The notes under the pieces were generated by a model. That model was not told the origin of the DNA. It did no database searches and saw only the letters and a program-made list of their open reading frames with translations. 20,470 nucleotides of DNA from Planctomycetales bacterium (GTDB lineage Bacteria > 4484-113). The translations under genes were made by a program, and so were the position numbers. The stretch covers positions 1 through 20,470 of the forward strand of contig JBBIRS010000013.1 in assembly GCA_037441675.1 (NCBI GenBank), read 5' to 3'. Below are positions 9,605 to 16,664 of this stretch, piece after piece (position 1 is the stretch's first letter; the number at the start of each line of letters is the position of its first letter).

Positions 9605-10201
9605 CTAGCTATACATTGTCAAGTCATACTTTTCAAGTATTCTCTTGCGCTTAAAGCTCAGAATATCTAAACGCACTAGATAGATGGCAATAAGAAATGT
9701 GCCAATGGAAGCAGAAGCGTCTGCAGTGTTAAATATGGGAAAATCGTAATTGAGAATAGGGATTAAGACGTCAATAAAGTCAACCACCTTCAAAAGTCTT
9801 AATCTATCAAAAAGGTTTCCCACTGCTCCGCCAAATATTAGTCCAAAGCTAACCGCGATATAGAAGCTACGTCTACCGAATTTGTAGAAAAGCAAGAGGA
9901 TTATGATTGAAAGTACTATTGAAAGAATTCCAAGTTGGATAGGATAACCTTTAAAAAGCCCCCAGGCGATTCCATCATTGGTTGTAAGCGTTAACTTCAG
10001 GTATTCGCCGAATATCTTTGGTCCATCTGAAACATGAGATAGTTCGTAGGGGAATTTACCTAGATTGGCAAAATATCCCGCCATAAACGAAAGTAAATCA
10101 CCTTTTCCAGGAAGGAGGAAATAAAGAGCGAGAGCCTTTGTTAGCTGATCTAACAAAAAGACTACTATTGCAATAGAAAAGAAGACTTTTGAAGTTTGCA
10201 C
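9605..10201 (-). CDS. lspA: Lipoprotein signal peptidase II
   Basis: LDQLTK, NDGIAWGL, GGAVGNLFDR, VVDFI, FPIFNTADA; hydrophobic transmembrane segments. Confidence 0.95.
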   Translation of the reverse strand: MQTSKVFFSIAIVVFLLDQLTKALALYFLLPGKGDLLSFMAGYFANLGKFPYELSHVSDGPKIFGEYLKLTLTTNDGIAWGLFKGYPIQLGILSIVLSIIILLLFYKFGRRSFYIAVSFGLIFGGAVGNLFDRLRLLKVVDFIDVLIPILNYDFPIFNTADASASIGTFLIAIYLVRLDILSFKRKRILEKYDLTMYS

Positions 10202-10226
10202 TTCTAATTCCGTGAGGATGGAAGGT

Positions 10227-10616
10227 CTATGCGGCTCCCTTTTCTACCTCTTCCAGTTCTGTCTGACACTTGTAACAGTACTTTGCCCATGGAATGATAT
10301 CCAATCGGGCACGATCAATAGAAGTTCCGCATCGTTGGCAGATGCCATAATAACCGCCATCAATTGCGTCTAATGCCTCTTGAATTTGAGCGAGCATGCT
10401 TTCAAGCTGAGCAACTAATAGCTCGTCTTTCTCAATCTCACTGCTTTCGGTGATAAAGTCAGAGTTAGGATCACCTGAGTTCCTTTCGAAGACCCTGTCC
10501 TCATCAAGACTCTTCTTTATTTTCTTCTTGAGCCCTGCAACTTGTTTCTCAATTTGAGTTAACTCTTTCTCCAGCTTTTGCCGGTACTTCTCAACATCTT
10601 TTTCCCTAACAGCCAT
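10227..10616 (-). CDS. TraR/DksA C4-zinc-finger protein
   Basis: Coiled coil followed by ALDAIDGGYYGICQRCG..I...RL...PWAKYCYKC. Start moved to MAVREK (ATG 10616) because an AGGAG SD overlaps the tatD stop just upstream. Confidence 0.88.
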   Translation of the reverse strand: MAVREKDVEKYRQKLEKELTQIEKQVAGLKKKIKKSLDEDRVFERNSGDPNSDFITESSEIEKDELLVAQLESMLAQIQEALDAIDGGYYGICQRCGTSIDRARLDIIPWAKYCYKCQTELEEVEKGAA

Positions 10617-10629
10617 TAAATAAAGCTCC

Positions 10630-11442
10630 TTATTCGAAGGGATTATGTGCCCTCCACCCGAATAGTTTATAGGCATTCTGGCTTACAATTATTTTAGTAG
10701 TTTCAGAAAATTTTGCAAGTGTTTCGGATATGAAAGCAAAAGTTTCTCTCAAGTAGCATGGCTTACAAGGCAGGCCATGAAATGGCTCTGGGGACATAAA
10801 CGGAGCGTCCGTTTCAATTAAAATTCTTTCGATCGGAACATTTCTTAACGCTTTTAAGAGATGCGCATTTTTCTTATAAGTAATGTTTCCAGCAAAAGAA
10901 ACGTAGAAATTTGAACTTTTTAGAAAGTTTAAGGTTCTCTTTGCTCCATCATAGCAATGAAATACACCTGAAGCCTTTGAATGTCTTTCTAACAAGGAAA
11001 TTATTTCCTTACCCGCGTCCTTGTTATGGATTATTATAGGTAAGCCTAATTCACAGGCAATTTCAACCTGCTCGTTAAACGCTCTCATTTGAAGCATTTC
11101 AGCCCTTTTTAGAGAATCTAAGTCTTTTGCGTTTCTACGAAAACGAAAATCCAAGCCGATCTCTCCTATCGCAACAAGTTTTTGATGCGGATGAAATTTG
11201 GAAATGAAGCTTATCTGCTCATCTGGGCTAATGTCCGATTTCAACTCATTCGGATGAAGACCCACCGCGAAGTAAACATCTTCAAAGCTCTCCGCTAACT
11301 CTCTTGCTAAATGGCTGGTTTCTTCATTTATCCCTGGAACAACCATTTTTTCAACGCCTGCTTCCCTCGCCTCATCTATCACGAGGTTAATCTCATCAAT
11401 TAAAGGAGGAAAATAAAGATGGCAGTGTGTATCAACTAGCAT
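10630..11442 (-). CDS. tatD: TatD-family metal-dependent DNase
   Basis: DTHCH, AVGLHP, AIGEIGLD, LPIIIH, GVFHC, LIETDAPF. Confidence 0.95.
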   Translation of the reverse strand: MLVDTHCHLYFPPLIDEINLVIDEAREAGVEKMVVPGINEETSHLARELAESFEDVYFAVGLHPNELKSDISPDEQISFISKFHPHQKLVAIGEIGLDFRFRRNAKDLDSLKRAEMLQMRAFNEQVEIACELGLPIIIHNKDAGKEIISLLERHSKASGVFHCYDGAKRTLNFLKSSNFYVSFAGNITYKKNAHLLKALRNVPIERILIETDAPFMSPEPFHGLPCKPCYLRETFAFISETLAKFSETTKIIVSQNAYKLFGWRAHNPFE

Positions 11443-11443
11443 T
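11405..11443 (+). repeat. Direct repeat copy 1 (5' end of the intact tatD)
   Basis: GGAGGAAAATAAAGATGGCAGTGTGTATCAACTAGCATT; 35/39 identical to 13354-13392. Confidence 0.9.
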
Positions 11444-11580
11444 CTGAACCTTCAAATTATTTTCTCGGTTTTCGTACACATAGTATAGTTCCCCTCGGGC
11501 GGGAAAATTGTTGTAGAAGAAGCTTTCACAAGAGCTCCGCCAAATCGGTGAGAGGCATTTTTCATTCTCATCATTCTCAA

Positions 11581-11609
11581 TTGACTTAACTCTCAAGGGG
11601 CACTATAAT
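11581..11609 (+). promoter_or_regulatory. Sigma70-type promoter of the radical SAM gene
   Basis: TTGACT (11581-86), a 17-bp spacer, TATAAT (11604-09). SD-like AGGGGGTG precedes the ATG at 11686. Confidence 0.75.
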
Positions 11610-11685
11610 GATGTTAGAGATTCAGGTGGAGGCCTGAGTTCATCAAAACCTTCAGTAGTTACTAACTCAATTTAGGGGGTGAACT

Positions 11686-13233
11686 ATGGAGAGACTTGGC
11701 AAAATTCTAATGAACAAAAGAGCCCGATTCATCCTGAAGCATTTTCTCTTGAACAATAATCTTCGTTCCCTCGCTATTCTTTACGCCTCAAGGCAGATGG
11801 CTCGCGGCTTCAACCGACCTGACAGATACACTCCCCCTGAAGCTGTTTCAAGGGATAAACGAGATATGGTCGTCGCTATGCTTAAAAGTATTGATCGGGG
11901 CCTGACGCGTAGTCTCATTTCAAAATCCTACTGGCTTAAATTCTTTGACTCGTTTTTATGTATGTTTGTGGCGGGGCATGAGAGGGTCATTGCCTTTCGT
12001 GAGAAGTATAAAATGGAACCGCCTGGCTTTTTAACCATAAGCCCAACTCGTTTGTGCAACCTTAACTGTGAGGGTTGCTATGCGATAAGCTCAGCAGCCT
12101 TTAAGGAGAAGCTTTCCTATGAGATTTTCACGCGGATTATTCGGGAACAGAAGGAGCTTTGGGGTAGCCACTTCACGGTAATCTCCGGTGGTGAACCTTT
12201 TGCCTACAAAGACAGCGGGAAGGATCTTCTTGATATCTTCGCCGAGCACCAAGATAGCTTCTTCCAAGTCTTCACAAACGGTACCTTAATCACTAGAGAA
12301 ACTGCTCAGAGGCTTAGTGAGCTGGCGAATGCGACCCCCGCAATCTCCGTTGAAGGTTTTGAAGCTGAGACGGACGCTCGAAGGGGTAGGGGAGTTTTCA
12401 AAAGGGTGCTCACTGCAATGGAGAATCTTCGTGAGGCACAAGTTCCCTTCGGCATCTCCGTTACATCAACTCGCAAGAACATTGAGCTTCTTCTTTCTGA
12501 TGCCTTCTGGGACTTTTTCTTTGACGACCAAGGCGCCCTCTATTGCTGGCTCTTCCAGTATATGCCCATTGGACGCTCCTTCACGCTTGATCTGATGATA
12601 ACTTCAGAACAGCGCATAAAGTCCTATGAGATGACCTGGCGCCAGATTAGGGAGAAGAAGCGATTCATTGCAGATTTTTGGAACTGTGGAACAGTTTCCA
12701 ACGGTTGCATTTCCGCTGGCGTTCGTGGAGGCTATATGCACATTGATTGGAACGGCGCAGTCACACCCTGCGTATTTAACCCTTACTTTACCCACAATAT
12801 AAAGGATGTCTATGAATCAGGTGGAACCCTCACCGACGTCCTCTTCTCTTCTCTTTTTGAGGGCATTAGGCGTTGGCAGAGGGATTACGTGTATGAGCGT
12901 CCACCATGGGATATGGGAAATGTTATTGCAACCTGCCCCTACCGCGACCACTATGATTTTATGCGGGAGCTTCTTAAGGCAACTGGGGCACTCCCCGAAA
13001 ATGAAGCTGCGGAGGAAGCCCTGAAGGACGAGGAGTATATGCGAGGCCTAATTGAATATGGTCAAGAATATCAGAGACTAACGGATGAAATCTGGAGATT
13101 AAAGTACTTAGAAGGCGTGGAGTTTAATAGGAGCGATTCGTCTAAAAAGCCTTACGCTAACTCCTTTTCCCATTTACCCACCTCAGCTATCGCAAACAGC
13201 TTGCGTTTCTTAAGGAGCAAGTTTTTTTCCTGA
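11686..13233 (+). CDS. Radical SAM protein with SPASM/Twitch-type C-terminal domain
   Basis: CNLNCEGC (CxxxCxxC), ISGGEPF, FTNGTLI, AISVEG...TDARRG, GCISAG...HIDWNGAVTPCVF and a late CPYRDH. Substrate cannot be read from the sequence. Confidence 0.9.
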   Translation: MERLGKILMNKRARFILKHFLLNNNLRSLAILYASRQMARGFNRPDRYTPPEAVSRDKRDMVVAMLKSIDRGLTRSLISKSYWLKFFDSFLCMFVAGHERVIAFREKYKMEPPGFLTISPTRLCNLNCEGCYAISSAAFKEKLSYEIFTRIIREQKELWGSHFTVISGGEPFAYKDSGKDLLDIFAEHQDSFFQVFTNGTLITRETAQRLSELANATPAISVEGFEAETDARRGRGVFKRVLTAMENLREAQVPFGISVTSTRKNIELLLSDAFWDFFFDDQGALYCWLFQYMPIGRSFTLDLMITSEQRIKSYEMTWRQIREKKRFIADFWNCGTVSNGCISAGVRGGYMHIDWNGAVTPCVFNPYFTHNIKDVYESGGTLTDVLFSSLFEGIRRWQRDYVYERPPWDMGNVIATCPYRDHYDFMRELLKATGALPENEAAEEALKDEEYMRGLIEYGQEYQRLTDEIWRLKYLEGVEFNRSDSSKKPYANSFSHLPTSAIANSLRFLRSKFFS

Positions 13234-13347
13234 TACCGCTCTCAAGGGGAAGAAATCTCATTAGCTATTAAGAAAATTTGGTGTTCTTTGGCATGGCGTG
13301 CCTAAAACCGACTCTAGCGGGCAAGTCTTAATTTTTAGAAGGTATTT

Positions 13348-13392
13348 TATGCCGAAGGAAAATAAGTATGGCAGTGTGGATCAACTAGCATT
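13348..13392 (-). pseudogene. Vestigial duplicate of the tatD 5' end (direct repeat copy 2)
   Basis: 13354-13392 reads GAAGGAAAATAAGTATGGCAGTGTGGATCAACTAGCATT. On the minus strand it translates MLVDPHCHTYFPSA*, versus TatD MLVDTHCHLYFPPL. Confidence 0.8.
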
Positions 13393-13398
13393 TTCTTA

Positions 13399-13604
13399 GA
13401 ATAACCCCTTCATATCTTTTATCACGGATACAATTATAATTATTGCCAAGAGAGGCGCTAATGGCTGAAAAAGGCGGGCGAAGTGCAACCTAGCATTTTC
13501 TCTTGTGTCCTCATGCTTATAAGTGCTTATACTCCATCCCTCTTGCACTAAGCATGATAGTAAGAAAGCTCTCTTTACTAGAAGTGTATCAATAAGGGTT
13601 ATTC
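13399..13604. ncRNA. Candidate structured non-coding element (nested multi-helix junction), family unrecognised
   Basis: Compatible helices: 13399-407/13596-604 (9 bp), 13427-32/13585-90 (6 bp), 13447-53/13499-505 (7 bp plus 2 GU plus 4 bp), 13511-19/13549-57 (9 bp plus 4 bp), 13558-63/13575-80 (6 bp). Found by eye only. Confidence 0.4.
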
Positions 13605-13856
13605 GGGAATTGGGCGAGCTAAAGAGTAATCACTTCACCTTAATCCTTGGTTAAATCTCAATAGGTTGTCTCAGTTGGCGCATAAAAATCAAATAATACT
13701 TTTTGAGTTAAAATAATAAAACCATTGAAGTGCTTGTCGCCAATTTTAATCTTTCATCAATGGGGGTGAAAAATGTATATGTAAAGCAGTGGTAAAAATC
13801 TCCGACCTACTTTTTTAAGAATTAATGCAAACAATACATCTAATTCGGAGGGAAAA

Positions 13857-14849
13857 ATGCCTACCGTAAAACTTCTATCTAGGAAAGATGTGGAAAGTTT
13901 ATTATCCATGGAAGAAGCGATATCAGTCTTAGAAGAAGCATTTGTGGAGTTAGCGGAGGGTAGGGTAATAATGCCACAAAGGACTGCAGTCAAGAATAAT
14001 GACGTGGAAGGAGTAAGCCTCTTTATGCCGGCTTTCATTCCAAAAATTTCAGCGCTAGGAACGAAAATCGTTACTGTCTATAACAAAAATCCAACAAAAC
14101 ATAATCTACCTGCGGTAATGGCTACTGTTATTTTACTTGACCCAGAAACTGGAGCGCCAATCTCAATTATGGAAGCAGGATTCTTAACCGCAATTAGAAC
14201 AGGAGCGGTCTCAGGAGTGGCTACAAAATATCTCGCACGTCCAGACGCTAAAGTTCACACTATAATTGGAACAGGCATCCAAGCAAAAACACAAGCTTGG
14301 GCTGTATCTAAGGTTAGAGATGTTAACGAGTGTATAGTGTTTTCCTTAGATCCCAAGGAAGCACAAATGTCCTTTTGCCAGAATGTAGAAGCATTAACTA
14401 AAGTTCCTACGCGTATTGCAGATGATAAAGAGACCGCGGTAAAAAACGCTGATATTCTCACTCTTGCGACATCAGCTTCTCAGCCCGTTATTGATGGTCA
14501 TTGGATAAAAGAGGGAACGCATATAAATGGAATAGGCTCACATTCTCCTACAATGCTCTAGATTGATACTGAAACGATCATCAAAAGTAAGCTAGTATGC
14601 GACTTTACCCCGGCTTGCAGGGCAGAGGCTGGTGACCTTTTAATTCCCGAACAGGAAGGAAAATGGATATGGGATATGGTTTATGCTGATCTTGGGGAAA
14701 TAATCTCCTCTAAAAAGCCTGGCCGAGAGAAACCGGAAGAAATAACGCTTTTTAAGAGTGTAGGTCTTGCTATACAGGATATTTCTACCGCACACTACAC
14801 TTACATTAAGGCGCTAAATTCAGGAAGAGGTACGGACTTCACATTCTAA
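13857..14849 (+). pseudogene. Ornithine cyclodeaminase / mu-crystallin / archaeal-type alanine dehydrogenase family gene with one in-frame TAG (14559-61)
   Basis: MPQR, LFMPA, KIVTVYNKNP, LTAIRTGAVSGVAT, IIGTGIQA, GTHINGIGSH. After the TAG the same frame continues IDTETIIKSKLVCD...EAGDL...DLGEIISSKKPGREKPEEITLFKSVGLAIQD...GTDFTF to TAA at 14847-49, giving 330 codons. SD GGAGG upstream. Confidence 0.85.
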
Positions 14850-14950
14850 TTGCTTTAGCTTTAGCAATCCTATATTTAAGAAATACATAGCTTTTCGTGG
14901 ATGTAACATAACTATTATTATGTAGTGTAATTTATTTCACCTATTTTCGT

Positions 14951-15517
14951 TTATCTCTTAGTGTATGAGATTATTATTTCAACATCTAGGTATGATTTAG
15001 TTTTTTGGTGGGAGTTTTTAGTATCGCCGGTACTATCTAAAGATGCGGGATTGTTGTCCTTGGGTGAGTTTTGATTTTCTGTTTCTTTACTAGCTGGAGT
15101 AGCGGTGGCTTTAATCGTTATTTTGCCGTCCTCGCTTAGATACTCTATCATAAACGAATTTGGTGCAGTTACGTTAAACGTCTGACGGAACCCTTCTTGT
15201 GTCAATACATCTTTTATTTTCTCTCTAAGCTCATCTGCTTTAAGGAAACACTTATAAGTCAAGGTAAGGATTATTATTTCCCTACCAGCGGTACTTATAT
15301 CTTCCTTCTCTGACTTACTCACCTCCCCTATCGCATGCTCAGTAAGTTTAGGCGTAAGTGAGGTAACTATTTCAGAAGGTTTAGGACCCTTTTGACAAGC
15401 CACCACAAGAGTGGCAATTCCGCTAATTAGAAGAACAGATGAAAACTCTCTGAGAATTGCTCTGAACACCAAATTGCGCAGTAGAACTAACCTTTTCATC
15501 ATTAACATATGATGCAT
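14951..15517 (-). CDS. Hypothetical lipoprotein
   Basis: Hydrophobic stretch LLISGIATLVVA-C with a lipobox-like cysteine, then a small alpha/beta-like region. The true start may be MKRLV (ATG at 15499). Confidence 0.6.
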   Translation of the reverse strand: MHHMLMMKRLVLLRNLVFRAILREFSSVLLISGIATLVVACQKGPKPSEIVTSLTPKLTEHAIGEVSKSEKEDISTAGREIIILTLTYKCFLKADELREKIKDVLTQEGFRQTFNVTAPNSFMIEYLSEDGKITIKATATPASKETENQNSPKDNNPASLDSTGDTKNSHQKTKSYLDVEIIISYTKR

Positions 15518-15661
15518 TTTATTTTAAGAGTGTTTAGGTTTCAAGCTTGATAATAGGCTAAAAGGCAAATTAGTCTCACCAGCCCTAGCAAAATAATAAA
15601 CGTGGTGTTATTAGAAAACAAAAATATTTTTGGAAAAAGCACCTCAGGCAAGGAAGATTCG

Positions 15662-15744
15662 TGCCGGGGGCCGGACTCGAACCGGCACGGGATCTCTCCC
15701 AGTGGATTTTAAGTCCACTGCGTCTGCCATTCCGCCACCCCGGC
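15662..15744 (-). tRNA. tRNA-Leu (anticodon TAA)
   Basis: Minus strand GCCGGGGTGGCGGAATGGCAGACGCA-GTGGA-CTTAAAA-TCCAC-TGGGAGAGATCCCGT-GCCGG-TTCGAGT-CCGGC-CCCCGGCA: acceptor stem, D loop, TAA anticodon, long variable arm, TTCGA loop and discriminator A. CCA is not encoded (CGA follows). Confidence 0.97.
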
Positions 15745-15988
15745 TACGCTTACTCTATTTTATACAAAGACTACTATTTAGCGCTCAATTTTCCAAAGCC
15801 AAATTGCACTTAAAAATTAATATTACAGTTCTAACATTGGAGAATAATCTTCACAACAATAAACTTTATGCGCCGTATTAGTTCCAAGAACAATTATAGA
15901 TAAACGTGGAATCCTTCTCCCCCTGAATAATTCGCTCTATCCGAAAATCATAATAAAGCGAGGTAAAAAAAAATTGAATCTTTGGTGA

Positions 15989-16492
15989 TTACTCTCTCTC
16001 TCTTTGCTTTTTCTTTCTTCTAAGACGTTTCTTTCCGCCTGATCTTTTAGCCTCAATACCTCTTTTAATATCAACTAGATTCTCTTCGCTCATTCTTTTG
16101 TAGATTCTCATCATATCTTCAAAGGTTTTGCTCTTCGCAATAAGCTCCTCATCAAGATCAAAAGAAAGCCGAGGCGGTTCACCCGTGTAGGAATCAAGAA
16201 CAGGTATTGGGAGCTCATCGGGCTCTAACTCCTCAGGCGGAATTATTGTGTAATCAAGGTTTTCAGCTTGCTTCAAGGAGCATTCAATCCTTCCGTCAGG
16301 AGAAACGGACAGTACCTTTACCTTCACTTTCTGATTTGGGCGAACCCTTTCTCTAATATCCTTTACAAACTCGTCACTTATCTCACTTATATGAATAAGC
16401 CCTTTCTTACCTTCTTCAAGCCAAACAAATGCGCCAAAGCCTCTTATTTCCGCAATACGCCCTTGGACAACGTCCCCACTTTTCAACGCCAA
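15989..16492 (-). CDS. S1 RNA-binding domain protein (YabR/GSP13-like)
   Basis: S1 motif GDVVQGRI..IRGFGAFV....GKKGLIHISEI...FV...VKVKVLSV...GRIECSLKQ; C-terminal FEDMMRIYKRMSEENL..IKR..EAKR resembles the YabR tail. TTG start with GGAAGGA SD. Confidence 0.85.
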   Translation of the reverse strand: MALKSGDVVQGRIAEIRGFGAFVWLEEGKKGLIHISEISDEFVKDIRERVRPNQKVKVKVLSVSPDGRIECSLKQAENLDYTIIPPEELEPDELPIPVLDSYTGEPPRLSFDLDEELIAKSKTFEDMMRIYKRMSEENLVDIKRGIEAKRSGGKKRLRRKKKQRERE

Positions 16493-16664
16493 CTTTTATC
16501 ACATCCTTCCTTTAAGTTTATTTTTTGTTTTTACGAACTTGTAACTTCAGAGTTAATTTTACCTTAAATTCAACTCAAAATCAAGTCCGCTTAAAATATT
16601 TTTGTCACAAGACAAGATTGAATACAAACCTCACTGATATCCTCTATATTATATAGGTAAGAGC

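Noticed and set aside
10617..10676. N-terminal extension of the DksA ORF in the track
   Set aside because: It overlaps the tatD 3' end; a good SD supports the ATG at 10616.
11609..11670. GATG...GAGTTCATCAAAACC...AACTC resembling a fluoride riboswitch in the radical SAM leader
   Set aside because: A ~22-nt insert breaks the conserved 5' motif and the 3' UAAUGAC..CUAC consensus is absent; only a small TCAGG/CCTGA hairpin is supportable.
13348..13391. 14-aa peptide MLVDPHCHTYFPSA as a RiPP precursor for the radical SAM enzyme
   Set aside because: It is fully explained as a copy of the TatD N-terminus and has no leader/core organisation.
13450..13490. AGAGGCGC...GAAAAAGG..GGCGAAG resembling a lysine riboswitch
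   Set aside because: Spacing is far too short, and the loop-E motif and downstream helices of that family are missing.
13354..13592. Possible repeat array or CRISPR (CTAGCATTTTCT at ~13385 and ~13490; GTGTATCAA at ~13584)
   Set aside because: Matches are only 9-12 nt and differ between copies; there is no constant repeat-spacer pattern and no cas genes.
15518..15661. tRNA-Leu as an integration site for a genomic island
   Set aside because: No integrase and no duplicated tRNA 3' end found in the window.
15630..15881. 83-aa + strand ORF
   Set aside because: It is the antisense reading of tRNA-Leu, not a gene.
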